In this document: positions 11,320 through 21,593 of the stretch, piece by piece | Position numbering within the stretch: position 1 is the first letter of the stretch | Layout of the letters: each line of letters opens with the position of its first letter | DNA from: Candidatus Marinacidobacterales bacterium | Lineage (GTDB): Bacteria > Acidobacteriota > Vicinamibacteria > Marinacidobacterales > SMYC01 | Direction of reading: 5' to 3' | Assembly (NCBI GenBank): GCA_965237955.1 | Contig: OZ250169.1 | Location: 6,496,001-6,560,000, forward strand | DNA: 64,000 bases | The notes under the pieces: model-generated | What the model was told of the DNA's origin: nothing | What the model saw: the letters and a program-made list of their open reading frames with translations, nothing else | Databases searched by the model: none | Position numbers and translations under genes: made by a program

Positions 11320-11774
11320 TAGTTCCGGATCGCCGATATCCACGCCCCACCAACGCGTCGCTCGCCACTTCGCGGCGACGTCGTGTCTCTTCCGAGCCTT
11401 GCCCATCAGAAACTGAAGCGGCTCTTCCGTGGATCCACCTGTGTTATATAGAGTTACATGTCAGGCTGCGACGGATTTGAGCTCATCGAAGTGCGCCCGG
11501 ACCACGTCTTTGGTGAGCAACGGTAGCTCCTCAAGGGCCGACTCCTTCGGATCGAATCGGAGACGTTCGAAGACGTCGCGGTAGTAGGGTACACGCGAGC
11601 CCACTTCAACCAGAAACCTCTCGAGCCGTTCGCGCCGGACTTTCTCGAGCTCTTCCCGCGGCCACCACTGGCTCTCCTCGAGCTCGACGCGCCGCGCCGT
11701 CGTGTCATGGCCTTTCAGTCGTTCATGAAGCGGAAACAACCATGCGGAAGCAAAACGCGTGTACAAGCTCTCGC

Positions 11775-12887
11775 TCATGGGTCGCTCACGGGTTGTCCAA
11801 CAACATCGCCGTAAACCTCCGCCCACTGTTCGCGCACGACGTCCCAGCCGAAAGTTCGCGCCTTCTTGAGCCCGGCGTCTCTGAGCGCACTCCGCTTTTC
11901 CGGCGAACGCCACAAAGAAACGAGCGTGTGCGCCATACTCTCCGGCTCTCGCGGTGGGACGAGCAGCGCTTCCCGTTCGTCTTCGACAAGCGCGGGAACG
12001 CCTCCGACGTCGGTGGACACGACGGGAACGCCACTGGCGAGAGCTTCGAGAACCGATATCGGCATGTTGTCGACGAGACTCGTGTTCAACGCAATGTCGG
12101 CCGTCGCGTAGAGCTTCGGCATGTCCTCGTTATCGACGCGCCCGAGAAAACGCACGGCGTCGGTGAGCCCGAGCTCGCCCGCCAAATCTTCGAGCCGTTT
12201 TCTTTCGGGACCGGAGCCCGCGACGTCGAGCGTCGCATCCCCAAAACTCCGTAAGAGCATCGCGAACGCACGAATCCCGGTCTCGATGTCGTAGATGCGC
12301 TCTAGATTTCTCGCGATCAGAACACGAGGACCGCTCCCGTTCGAAGAGCGAATCGAGATCGTCGATCTCGGGCGAAAGCGATCGAGGTCGATGATGTTCG
12401 GCACGACTCGAGCTCGGGCCCCAAACTTCTCGAAGACGTCCTTCAGGAACTGAGACGGAACGACAACGTCATCCGCCCACCGTAGCGATCTCTCCACGGT
12501 GCGATACGACCTGGTGAAAAACCGCTCCGCGTCGCCACCTCGATAGTTCAAAACCACCGGAACACCCGACGTGTGCGCGACGTACAACGCTGGTGCTGCG
12601 AACAGGTGCCACGCCCAGCCCGAGCTCGCCATGACGTGAACAAGCGTCGCATCGCGTGTTGCCCGACGCAACGCGCGAAGGTAAGGAACGAAACGGAACA
12701 GGGCCCGGACGCCGCGAACGTTTTCGATCAAGCGAGGTTGGTATGGCGCGTTCGTCTGCACCACGTTGACCGCTGCGCCTTCACCTTCCAGAAGTCGTGC
12801 GAGCTGATTCGTCTGATTCGCCATCCCACCCTGGGGCGGAGGCAGGGGGCCAACGAGCGCGATCTTGCTAGTCCCAAAATCAATCAC
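11775..12887 (-). CDS. Glycosyltransferase family 4
   Basis: VGPLPPPQGGMAN, ARNLERIY, DNMPISVLEALASGVPVV. GTG start overlaps the upstream TGA. Confidence 0.88.
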   Translation of the reverse strand: MIDFGTSKIALVGPLPPPQGGMANQTNQLARLLEGEGAAVNVVQTNAPYQPRLIENVRGVRALFRFVPYLRALRRATRDATLVHVMASSGWAWHLFAAPALYVAHTSGVPVVLNYRGGDAERFFTRSYRTVERSLRWADDVVVPSQFLKDVFEKFGARARVVPNIIDLDRFRPRSTISIRSSNGSGPRVLIARNLERIYDIETGIRAFAMLLRSFGDATLDVAGSGPERKRLEDLAGELGLTDAVRFLGRVDNEDMPKLYATADIALNTSLVDNMPISVLEALASGVPVVSTDVGGVPALVEDEREALLVPPREPESMAHTLVSLWRSPEKRSALRDAGLKKARTFGWDVVREQWAEVYGDVVGQPVSDP

Positions 12888-14095
12888 GAGCGGCTCCCCT
12901 CGACAAGACTTGCGTAAACGGTTCGGTAACCCTCCACCGACTTCGCCCAGGTACGCTTGCATTCGACGAATCGGCGCGCTCTCTCCTTCATCCCCTCGCC
13001 GAGCTCGCCCGCGTCGAGCATGCGCGCAAGCTTGTCGCTCAGGTCGCCCGGATCGCCGGCCCGAAAGAGTGTTCCCGTCTCGCCGTCGCGGATGAGCTCC
13101 AGATGACCGCCCACATCCGACGCCACCAGGAGCTTTCCCATCGCCATGGCTTCGAGCGGTTTCAGGGGCGTCACCACGTCGGTCAACCGCATGTGGATCC
13201 GCGGATACGCGAGCACGTCGATGAGGTCGTAGTACTTCCGAACGTCATCGAACGGAACGCGCCCAGTGAAGACGATCCTGTCGCCGAGTCCCATCGCACG
13301 GGCCTTTTCGCGGAGATAGCCGTCTTGCGGGCCTCCCCCGACCAACAGCAATTTCAGCCTCGGGCGCTGGCTCGTGAGCGCTGGCATCGCAGTGAGAAGC
13401 AGATCGAGACCCTCGTAAGCGTAGAACGACCCGATAAAGCCAACGACCTCGGCGCTTTCAACGAAAAGTTTCTTCGCGAGATCGGCGTCTCGACTTCGCG
13501 CCGTGGAAAACTGCTCGACGTCGACCGCATTGGGGATCACCGTCACTTTGTTCTCGGGAATCCCACGGCCCACGATGTCGTTCCAAAGACCACGGCAGAT
13601 AGTCGTCACCGCGTCAGCACGCTTCAACACGTGCGATTCCAGTGCGCGGGTAGCCGTGTACCTCACCCCTCCCTCCCGGCTCGTTCCATGGTCGACGGCG
13701 GCGTCCTCCCAAAGCGCGCGCATCTCGTAGACCACCGGGATCCCGTGGGCACGACCGACGTTGCTCGCGGCCACCCCGTCAAGTGCGGGTGAATGCGCAT
13801 GCAGGATGTCCGGCTTCAATGCTTCGACGAGAGAGCCCAAGCGACGCTCGAGCGAACGTATCACGCCAAGATGTCGCAGGATGGGTAGCTTCGCCCAAGG
13901 TGCCGTTTCGGACGGCGTCCTATAGAAACGAACGCCTTCGACCTCTTCCTCGAGCTCTGTCGACGGATGCTTCGAGCTCGTGATTTGCGACGTCTCCCAC
14001 CCGAGACGCCGCTGCTCTTTCAGAATCGATAGCGTGCGAAAGGTATACCCGCTCTGCAACGGTGCGGAATGGTCGAGCACATGGAGAATGCGCAT
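12884..14095 (-). CDS. GT4 glycosyltransferase, XrtA-system type
   Basis: MRILHVLDHSAPLQSGYTFRT, YEMRALWEDAAVDHG, VTPLKPLEAMA. Confidence 0.9.
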   Translation of the reverse strand: MRILHVLDHSAPLQSGYTFRTLSILKEQRRLGWETSQITSSKHPSTELEEEVEGVRFYRTPSETAPWAKLPILRHLGVIRSLERRLGSLVEALKPDILHAHSPALDGVAASNVGRAHGIPVVYEMRALWEDAAVDHGTSREGGVRYTATRALESHVLKRADAVTTICRGLWNDIVGRGIPENKVTVIPNAVDVEQFSTARSRDADLAKKLFVESAEVVGFIGSFYAYEGLDLLLTAMPALTSQRPRLKLLLVGGGPQDGYLREKARAMGLGDRIVFTGRVPFDDVRKYYDLIDVLAYPRIHMRLTDVVTPLKPLEAMAMGKLLVASDVGGHLELIRDGETGTLFRAGDPGDLSDKLARMLDAGELGEGMKERARRFVECKRTWAKSVEGYRTVYASLVEGSRS

Positions 14096-14117
14096 CGCTC
14101 TTCAATTAACTCGGCAT

Positions 14118-16055
14118 TCACTCGGCCACGAGAGCCGCCGACTCGGGACTCGATGGGGTCGTTTCTCCTTCGCGCTGCCGACAGAAAGCTTCGAACATCA
14201 GGAGCGACCACAATGGAGCGCTGAAGTCACGGACACCCGATTGATGCTCCGAAACAATTCTCTCGAGGAACCGCTCGTCGAAGATGCCGCTATCGAGAAG
14301 CCTCGGACCGAGGACCGCCTCGCGCACGCGCTCTTTGAGCGGTCCCCGAAACCAGCTCGCGAGCGGCACCGCAAAGCCCATCTTCGGCCGGTAGAGGACG
14401 TCGTGAGGAAGGTAGTTCTCAAGCGAGCGCTTGAACAGGAACTTGCCTTCTCGACCTCGGAGCTTCGCCTGCGGCGGCAACGTGGCTGCCCACTCGACGA
14501 GCTCGTGGTCCAGAATCGGCACGCGGACCTCGAGCGAGTGAGCCATGCTGGCGCGATCCACCTTCGTGAGGATGTCGCCGACGAGATAGGTCTTGAGGTC
14601 GAGATACTGGACGCGCGACAGCGGATGCTCTGGTGCGTTCTGCCCGTGTCGTCGCAATACCTCGATCGCACCGTAACCACCGAGCTCGTTGCGAAATCCA
14701 TCGCTGAACAGTCGGCTCCGCAACGAATCGCCCAGGATCGTAACGCTGTGGAAGTAGCCTTCGATGGAATCGCGCGCAAGCGCCTCGAGCGTGCTCTTCG
14801 CGCGAATGATTTTGGGCGCCCAGTCGGCTTTGGGATAGGCTCGACCGAGTAGTCCAAAAAGAGGCCGGCGCAGTGACGCCGGCATGAACGCGCGCATGCG
14901 CTCTTCGTACGAGTGCCATCGATACCGCCGGTAGCCCGCGAAATTTTCGTCGCCACCGTCCCCGGAAAGTGCGACGGTCACACGCTTGCGCGCAAGCTCC
15001 GACACTCGGTACGTGGGCATGGCCGAGCTGTCCGCGAACGGCTCGTCGTAGAGACTCGCGAGGCGCCCAAAAAGATCGTCAAGCTCGAAGTCATCGGGAT
15101 TCACCGACTCTACGTAGTGATTCGTCTGGTACCGCTCTGCCACGCGGGCGGCGAAGACCGATTCGTCGAACTCGCGCTCTCCGAACGCAATCGAGCACGT
15201 GTTGACGGCTTCCTCCGACTCGCCCGCCATCATCGCGACCACGGCGCTCGAATCGACTCCTCCCGAGAGGAACGCACCGAGAGGCACATCCGACATGAGC
15301 CTCTTCGAGACCGCCTGTCTAAACCGCCAAACGAGCTCTTCGCCGAGTGCGTCGTCAGTTCCGCCCTCGACGGCGTCGAACGTCACATCCCAGTACCGAC
15401 GTGGCTCGCTCGCGCCCTCCGGGGTAATGCTCAGCGTATGTCCGGGAGACAGTTTTCGGACGCGCCGAAAGATGCTACGAGGATCGGGCACATAGCCGTA
15501 CGCGAAGAACTCCTCAACTGCCTCCGGAACGAGCTCGCGCGAAAGACGCGGATCGACGAGGAGGGACTTCAGCTCCGAGCCGAACAGAATACGGCCGTCG
15601 TCGGTGCGTGCGTAATAGAGCGGCTTGATCCCCAACCGATCCCGCGCCAGAAATGCCGTCTTGCGGTTTCGATCCCAGAGCGCGAACGCGAACATGCCGT
15701 TGTAGCGCTCGACCGATGCCTCGCCCCACTCTTCCCAAGCGTGGACAAGAACCTCAGTGTCGCACTTCGAGCGAAACGTGTGCCCGAGCGCGGAAAGCTC
15801 CTCGACGAGCTCTTGGAAGTTGTAAATCTCACCGTTGTAGACGACGACGGTCGAGTCTTCGTTGTAGCAAGGCTGGTGCCCACCGGAAAGATCGATGATC
15901 GAGAGTCTCCGATGCCCGAGCCCAACGCCGGGCTCGACGTGAAGCCCCTCGTCATCCGGTCCGCGGTGATGCAGGCTGTCCCGCATGGCGACCAGAAGCG
16001 ACTCGTCGATCGGCCGACGCTCCCCGAGGTCGAAAATGCCCGCTATCCCGCACAT
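14118..16055 (-). CDS. XrtA/PEP-CTERM-system amidotransferase (AsnB family)
   Basis: MCGIAG, HRGPD, LGHRRLSIIDL, FLSGGVDSS, LTKVDRASMAHSLEVR. Confidence 0.92.
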   Translation of the reverse strand: MCGIAGIFDLGERRPIDESLLVAMRDSLHHRGPDDEGLHVEPGVGLGHRRLSIIDLSGGHQPCYNEDSTVVVYNGEIYNFQELVEELSALGHTFRSKCDTEVLVHAWEEWGEASVERYNGMFAFALWDRNRKTAFLARDRLGIKPLYYARTDDGRILFGSELKSLLVDPRLSRELVPEAVEEFFAYGYVPDPRSIFRRVRKLSPGHTLSITPEGASEPRRYWDVTFDAVEGGTDDALGEELVWRFRQAVSKRLMSDVPLGAFLSGGVDSSAVVAMMAGESEEAVNTCSIAFGEREFDESVFAARVAERYQTNHYVESVNPDDFELDDLFGRLASLYDEPFADSSAMPTYRVSELARKRVTVALSGDGGDENFAGYRRYRWHSYEERMRAFMPASLRRPLFGLLGRAYPKADWAPKIIRAKSTLEALARDSIEGYFHSVTILGDSLRSRLFSDGFRNELGGYGAIEVLRRHGQNAPEHPLSRVQYLDLKTYLVGDILTKVDRASMAHSLEVRVPILDHELVEWAATLPPQAKLRGREGKFLFKRSLENYLPHDVLYRPKMGFAVPLASWFRGPLKERVREAVLGPRLLDSGIFDERFLERIVSEHQSGVRDFSAPLWSLLMFEAFCRQREGETTPSSPESAALVAE

Positions 16056-17230
16056 GGTGTCGTCGAACGTTCACTCACTTGGTTTGGCCGCTCGAGCCCG
16101 CACCGCGCCATAACGTCATCATAAACTTCGGTATAGCGAGCGACCATCCCGTCGATATCGAAGCTGTGCTCGGCGCGCCTTCGCCCTGCTCGCCCGTGCT
16201 CTTTGATGAGCTCCGGATGGCTCACATAATGCGCGAGCGCCTCCGGCAAGCGTGAGGGCACGAGACGTCCCGTCTTTCCGTTCTCGACGAGCTCGTCATT
16301 GCCCCCGACCCGCGTGGCGACCACGGGAAGGCCCGAGGCCATCGCTTCGAGCACCGTGTTCGAAATACCTTCCACGCGTGACGACAAGGCGAAAACATCG
16401 AAGCTTCGAAGAAGCTCGGGCACGTCGTTGCGGCTCCCAGCGAGCCACACGTGGCGCTCTACACCCGCCGCACGCAGCTCGTCGGCCACCTCGGAGAGCA
16501 AGGGCCCATCGCCCACCATCACGAGTTTCACGGGTGGAGCGAGACCCTGGTTCACAAGCTTTGCGAAAGCTCTCGCGAGCGTGAGCGGATCCTTCACCGC
16601 TTGCATGCGCGTTACCGTCCCGATCACGATGGCGTCTGACACATCGATTCTGGATTCCGCGGGAACAGGACGGCGACCGTCCGAAGCTGGCTGGAACTTA
16701 CTGACGTCGACGCCGTTGATGATTCGAGTGACTTTCGAGGGCGCGATGCCGACCGAATCGCAAAGATAGGACGCGAGCTCACCCGACAACGCAACAAACT
16801 GATGAACGAGGGGGGCGATCAAGCGTCGAAGAAGCTGGTACCGTCGTTTCGTTCCATCGACGTCCTGGAGGTCACGACCATGCTCGCCATGGACTCGGCA
16901 CGGAACGCCCGCGAGCGCCGCCGGCACGACCGCCTCAACCGCCGCGAGGTTCCGCGTGTGCACGATCACGGGACGCAATCGACGCAGCAGTCGCCAAAGC
17001 CGGACGTAGAGGCCGAAATCCTGCCCAGACTTCTTGTGGAGCGAATAGCATTCGACGTCGTCACGACGGATTCGCTCCCGAAAACTCGTGGACTCGGTGA
17101 GGCTAACGATGGCGTGTCGATACTTCTCGGCCGGCATGTGGTTGATCAAATTGACGAGGCCGTTCTCCATCCCCCCCACGTCGAGACGATGGATAACGTG
17201 AACGATGAGAGGCGCGTCACTCGGCATCAC
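16043..17230 (-). CDS. GT4 sugar transferase, XrtA-system type
   Basis: GGMENGLVNLIN, HGEHGRD, EGISNTVLEAMASGLPVV. Confidence 0.9.
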   Translation of the reverse strand: MMPSDAPLIVHVIHRLDVGGMENGLVNLINHMPAEKYRHAIVSLTESTSFRERIRRDDVECYSLHKKSGQDFGLYVRLWRLLRRLRPVIVHTRNLAAVEAVVPAALAGVPCRVHGEHGRDLQDVDGTKRRYQLLRRLIAPLVHQFVALSGELASYLCDSVGIAPSKVTRIINGVDVSKFQPASDGRRPVPAESRIDVSDAIVIGTVTRMQAVKDPLTLARAFAKLVNQGLAPPVKLVMVGDGPLLSEVADELRAAGVERHVWLAGSRNDVPELLRSFDVFALSSRVEGISNTVLEAMASGLPVVATRVGGNDELVENGKTGRLVPSRLPEALAHYVSHPELIKEHGRAGRRRAEHSFDIDGMVARYTEVYDDVMARCGLERPNQVSERSTTPCAG

Positions 17231-17963
17231 TATCAGTGGGCCCGCGGGAGGGCGTTCAAGCCCGCTTCGATACCAGGGAGGGCTTGATTCAGAAACTCGC
17301 TCAACCGAGACGCTGCAGAGTCACCGTCCGGAGTGAACACGACGATTCCACAAGCGAGCGGCGGGCTCCCGGCTAGTTTCCCGGTCATCTCGACGAGCTT
17401 GGCGCGGTATGGGCTCACCGTCGACGTCCCATCGACCCAATACCACTTCCACACGAGGAACTTTGGCCCGCGGCGATCGAGCACCGACTCGTTGACGTCG
17501 TGAGCTCCTCTCGCCAGCGTCACCGCTCGCTCGGACGTACTCACCCGCCGCCACGAGGAGTCATTCGGTGCAACCAACGTGTTCGACGAGTTCACGAGCT
17601 CCGCATCCTGCCTTTGAGCTCCGTAGCACGCCACGTGGGCGCCAACCCAGTCACCGTCACGCTCGTAGGTTCGCGCAGCCGGAACATCGGCGCCGACATA
17701 GTACGGTTGCCAGCTCGTGGGTGGAATGTCTACAGGCGCCCAACCACCGGCCGCGGCTGGGAGCGACAGCGTCGATGGAATCTGAACGGCGTAGTTTTCC
17801 GCTCGGCCTGCCCACGGCGGCCATACGGCAGCGACCAAAACGACGGCGACGCCAGCCACGACGAAACGGCGTCCCGCACGGCCCGCGACGCTCCTTCGAC
17901 GACAACTCGCTCCGGCGGCTCGACGTTGTCTTCTCTAAAGAACGACCCGACCCAGAAAAAGAG

Positions 17964-19682
17964 GGTTCTCCTGTCGTTTCGGGGGATCTGATTTGTGTTG
18001 GAGGGCATGGCCTATGGACGCTGCCGCGATTGTGGAAAACGCCGGAAACTCCGGGCGAGAGAGGCGTTTAGGGAAAGGTTGTGAGCACGTACAAACGTGG
18101 AGCGGCGTTTTCCACAATCGCTTGGAAAACGCTTCGCGTTTCCCACGAGCGCCCACAGGCCCCTCCTGATATATATACAAGAAAGATTAATTCATATGGA
18201 ATAAGGAAGGGGGGGCTCGATTAGTGGAGGCTATGGAAAACGCCCTTCCAGGCTTCGAAGAGAACTCAGTCGTGAGCAAGGTCTGAACGACCAGAACCGT
18301 GGGGGCGTTTCCCACAGCCTCGTCTCCCGCTGAGGGGCAGTGGCATTTGGTGAGGCCCGTGGGTTGAGAGGGTAAGCCATGTGTAGATGCGCATCGGCGA
18401 GAACGCTAGAATCTTTTTTTCCGAAAGAGAAAAGAGCGTTCCCGCGATGCGCGTTACTACGTTAGTCAACAAGCTCATCGGATTGCAAGGCCTGTGGGTC
18501 CGAGGTTTCCACTTCCAGGCGGACAAAGCCAGAGTGGTGGTGGATGTAGTACCACGGAGGAGGAAGCCTCTGTGCGGGATTTGCGGACGAAAGGTCCGCA
18601 AGAACAAAGATCGCTACAATCGCTACTGGCGGCACTTGGACCTGTTCGGAGTCCGGACCTATCTTCGCTACTCGATCCGACGAGTGGTATGTCGGCGGTG
18701 TGGAGTGGTCAGAGAAAAGGTGCCTTGGGCCGACAAGGGAAGCCGCTTTACCAAAAGCTTCGAACAAGAGGTAGCGTGGCTGGCACAGAGGACGGACGTC
18801 AGCGCCGTAGCGAACTATTTCCGAGTGACGTGGCGTTCGGTGCGACGGATCATCCAGCGAGTGGTTGCCGAGCAGCGGGATGAGCGGCGCGAGCTCGATG
18901 GATTGCGGGTGATTGGGATGGACGAGATCAGCTACCGCAAACGCCACAAGTACTTAACAGTGGTAATAGACCATCTCAGCGGCCGGGTCGTCTGGGCGGG
19001 AAAGGAGCGCAAGGCCAAGACGCTGCTGCGGTTTTTCCGCAAGCTCGGACCACAAAGAGCCGCGGAGCTCGAAGCGGTCAGCATGGACATGTGGGAGCCG
19101 TACATAACTGTCGTCGGCAAAAAGGCTCCTCAGGCACGGGTGATCTTTGACCGCTTCCACATCGTCAAGCATCTGAACGAGGCCGTGGATAAGACCCGGC
19201 GCGAGCTGGTGCGCGAGCTCAAAGGGACTGCCCGGCGCAACCTCAAGAACACCAAGTTTCCCCTTCTCAAGGCCAAACACAACCGCAGCGCGAAAGACAA
19301 ACGGGTGCTCCGCGAGCAGGTGCGAGCTAATCGTCGCCTCTACCGCGCCATGCTTCTGCGCGACGACTTCATGGACCTCTACACCTACAAAACCGAGACA
19401 TGGGCCAAGAAGTTTCTCCGAGGATGGCTGCGGCGCGCTATGAGCTCGAGGATAGAGCCCGTCAAACGCGCGGCGAAGATGATCCGCAGCCACTTCGATG
19501 GCGTCATCGCGTGGGTCACGTGGAGACTCAGCAACGGCCGACTCGAAGGAATGAACAACAAAATCCGGCTGCTGAGCCACCGCAGCTTTGGACTCCACTC
19601 TGCCGAAGCTCTCATCAGTCTCGTCTACCTAAACTGTGGCGGTCTCACCCTCGAGAGGATCCACTGAAATGGCAGGAGAGGC
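17964..19682 (+). mobile_element. ISL3-family element (1719 bp)
   Basis: Imperfect 25-bp IRs (GGTTCTCCTGTCGTTTCGGGGGATC vs reverse-complemented right end GCCTCTCCTGCCATTTCAGTGGATC); 8-bp duplication AAAAAGAG at 17956-63 and 19683-90. Confidence 0.93.
18447..19667 (+). CDS. ISL3 transposase
   Basis: Zn-finger CGICG..CRRCG, VPWA, IGMDE, VSMDM, FDRFH, SNGRLEGMNNKI. The start could instead be 18387. Confidence 0.93.
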   Translation: MRVTTLVNKLIGLQGLWVRGFHFQADKARVVVDVVPRRRKPLCGICGRKVRKNKDRYNRYWRHLDLFGVRTYLRYSIRRVVCRRCGVVREKVPWADKGSRFTKSFEQEVAWLAQRTDVSAVANYFRVTWRSVRRIIQRVVAEQRDERRELDGLRVIGMDEISYRKRHKYLTVVIDHLSGRVVWAGKERKAKTLLRFFRKLGPQRAAELEAVSMDMWEPYITVVGKKAPQARVIFDRFHIVKHLNEAVDKTRRELVRELKGTARRNLKNTKFPLLKAKHNRSAKDKRVLREQVRANRRLYRAMLLRDDFMDLYTYKTETWAKKFLRGWLRRAMSSRIEPVKRAAKMIRSHFDGVIAWVTWRLSNGRLEGMNNKIRLLSHRSFGLHSAEALISLVYLNCGGLTLERIH

Positions 19683-20537
19683 AAAAAGAGTAGCACCACC
19701 ACGCCGAAGAACACCCATCCGTAGATGAGGTGATCGACGCCAACTGCCAGCTTCATGTCGCTCAAATGCCCCATCATCACGATCATGTAAGCGCGAAATC
19801 CGTTCGCGATGATCGGGACGATGACCGACGCCAAGACACAAAGACCCCGCTTAAACCACGATCGGTACGTGAGATGCGCGTACAAGATCGCCAACGTCAC
19901 GCAGGCAATGAGATACCGTAGCCCGCTACAGGCCTCCACAACGGACCACCGACTGTTGGCGAGCGTCAATTGATTCCCTACCTGCAACACGGGAACGCCC
20001 GTAAGACGAAGCCCCGCGACCGTGAACGCCGCGGTAAAATCGATGAGAGGCGGGATCAAGAACTCACCGACGGGGATACCCAGGAGCAGAAATCCGAGCG
20101 GAAATGCCAATTGCCGCGTCACCGCGTTCCCCAACACTGCCCACACGGCGATCGGTATCGCCGCGACCGCGAAGTATTGTTCCAGCACGAGAACGCCAGC
20201 GAGCCGGCACGAGAGCCAACCGAAGCCGACCAGACCGAGTAACCCCAGAGCTCGGTAGTTGGGGCACGGGGCAAGTCCGCGAAAGCGTTCTCGCTCATCC
20301 CAGATCAGATAGAGGCTGATGGGAAGAATCAAGAAACCGTGGGCGAAGGTTTCGGAGCGCCACCAGATGGAAATGAGGGATCGGAACGTGTCGTAAAAGA
20401 GCGCTACCAGTAGAGCACTCGTAACGACGGTGACGGCGAGTGGAACCCTCCAAACGGCAACATCTAGCCCGGGGCGGGTGCCGGCGCTTTTGTCCGTCCT
20501 TTCGTCCGCCGCTTTGCTGGCTTCCATATCGATTTCC

Positions 20538-21593
20538 CTACGCGATGTTGCGCGAGACCAGAGGGCCGATGAGCGTGCTGAGCGAGACCGGCAGGCGCTG
20601 CCAGGTCTTGACCAACAAACGGTACTTCGGATTGGCGGGGCTCACGTTCGGAACTTCGCTGGCCTTCACCAGTCGATACTGGTACGGGAGCGGCTCGGGC
20701 ACGAATCCCCAATTCTTCTTGAAGCTATAGGAGCCCGTGCCCACTTTGCTGCGCCCATAGTCGAAAATGCGATAGCCGCGCTCCGCGGAGCGTCTCATGA
20801 CCTCCCAGTACATGAAATCGTTCGCTTTGAGTACTCTCGCCGCATCGGTCCCGCCACCGTAGTACGGCAACACTTCATCACGAAAATAGAACGACAGTAC
20901 GCTGGCCACCGTGCGTCCGTCTTTGGTGATTGTCATGACTTCGGAAGCATCGGCGAACACGTCGATGAGGGCACGGAAGTAGCGTTGCGGGTAGACCGGT
21001 GTCCCAAAGTTGCGGACGCTCGTCGCGTAGGCACGAAAGAAGCGACCCACGTCGTCGTCGAGCTCGGATTTCAGCCCGGCGTTGATGCCTTTGCGCACCA
21101 TGGCTCGCTGCTTGCGCGGAATGGATTTGAGGTTCGCGTCAGGATCGGCGTCGATCTCCTTGCGAAACCCGACGTAGAGATCCTTCGTCGGCCAGTCCTC
21201 ACGCCGCGCTCGTCGGTTTCGCATTTCGAGATAGTCCACGCCCATATCGACCGCAAGCCGTTCCGCTTCGTCTTCGAGAGCTCGTCGAGCGGTCTCGTTC
21301 AGCGCGGCAACCCCGCCATAAACACCGAAGGGCACCGAGATCAACGCGTCGCCGAACAAGCGGCTCCGTACGCGCCCGAGCGGAAGCACCGCTTCGATAC
21401 CATCCGCGGACTCCGCCATGAGAAAAAACGTTTCGTGCCCGAACACGTTCTCGATGATGCTCTTCCATCCTGCGCGATGGAAAAACGTCGCTTCAGGACA
21501 CGCTTGAACGAATTGATCCCATCGAGCCGCATCCGAGGCACCAAGCATTCTCGTGCGAAGCGTGGGCGCCGTCGTCACCGCCGATGCGCTCAT
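20538..21593 (-). CDS. FemAB-related protein, XrtA system
   Basis: ATFFHRAGW, RKQRAMVRKG, NDFMYWEVM, FDYGRSK, FKKNWGF. Confidence 0.9.
   Translation of the reverse strand: MSASAVTTAPTLRTRMLGASDAARWDQFVQACPEATFFHRAGWKSIIENVFGHETFFLMAESADGIEAVLPLGRVRSRLFGDALISVPFGVYGGVAALNETARRALEDEAERLAVDMGVDYLEMRNRRARREDWPTKDLYVGFRKEIDADPDANLKSIPRKQRAMVRKGINAGLKSELDDDVGRFFRAYATSVRNFGTPVYPQRYFRALIDVFADASEVMTITKDGRTVASVLSFYFRDEVLPYYGGGTDAARVLKANDFMYWEVMRRSAERGYRIFDYGRSKVGTGSYSFKKNWGFVPEPLPYQYRLVKASEVPNVSPANPKYRLLVKTWQRLPVSLSTLIGPLVSRNIA

Larger units (their letters stand above)
9199..11778 (-). pseudogene. Phenylacetate-CoA ligase/CapK-family protein, interrupted by IS630 and an in-frame TGA (11461-11463)
   Basis: Removing the IS restores ..IGDPELVIWGSPVEL... 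Motifs NTGGST, YGGRD, PFIRYRTGD, GRTTD, SGKHRY. Confidence 0.85.
17233..20527 (-). pseudogene. xrtA: Exosortase A (EpsH-EpsI fusion), interrupted by ISL3 plus a frameshift near 17870
   Basis: ETFAHGFLI, VVEACSGLRY, ANGFRAY, VDHLIYGWVFFG. Removing the IS restores VLLFFWVGSFFRED. An EpsI-like C-terminus (QDAELVNSSN, WKWYWVDG) follows in another frame. Confidence 0.9.

Noticed and set aside
12868-12875. CTAGTCCC resembling an IS630 end
   Set aside because: Only 8 bp, lies inside an intact reading frame, and has no partner end
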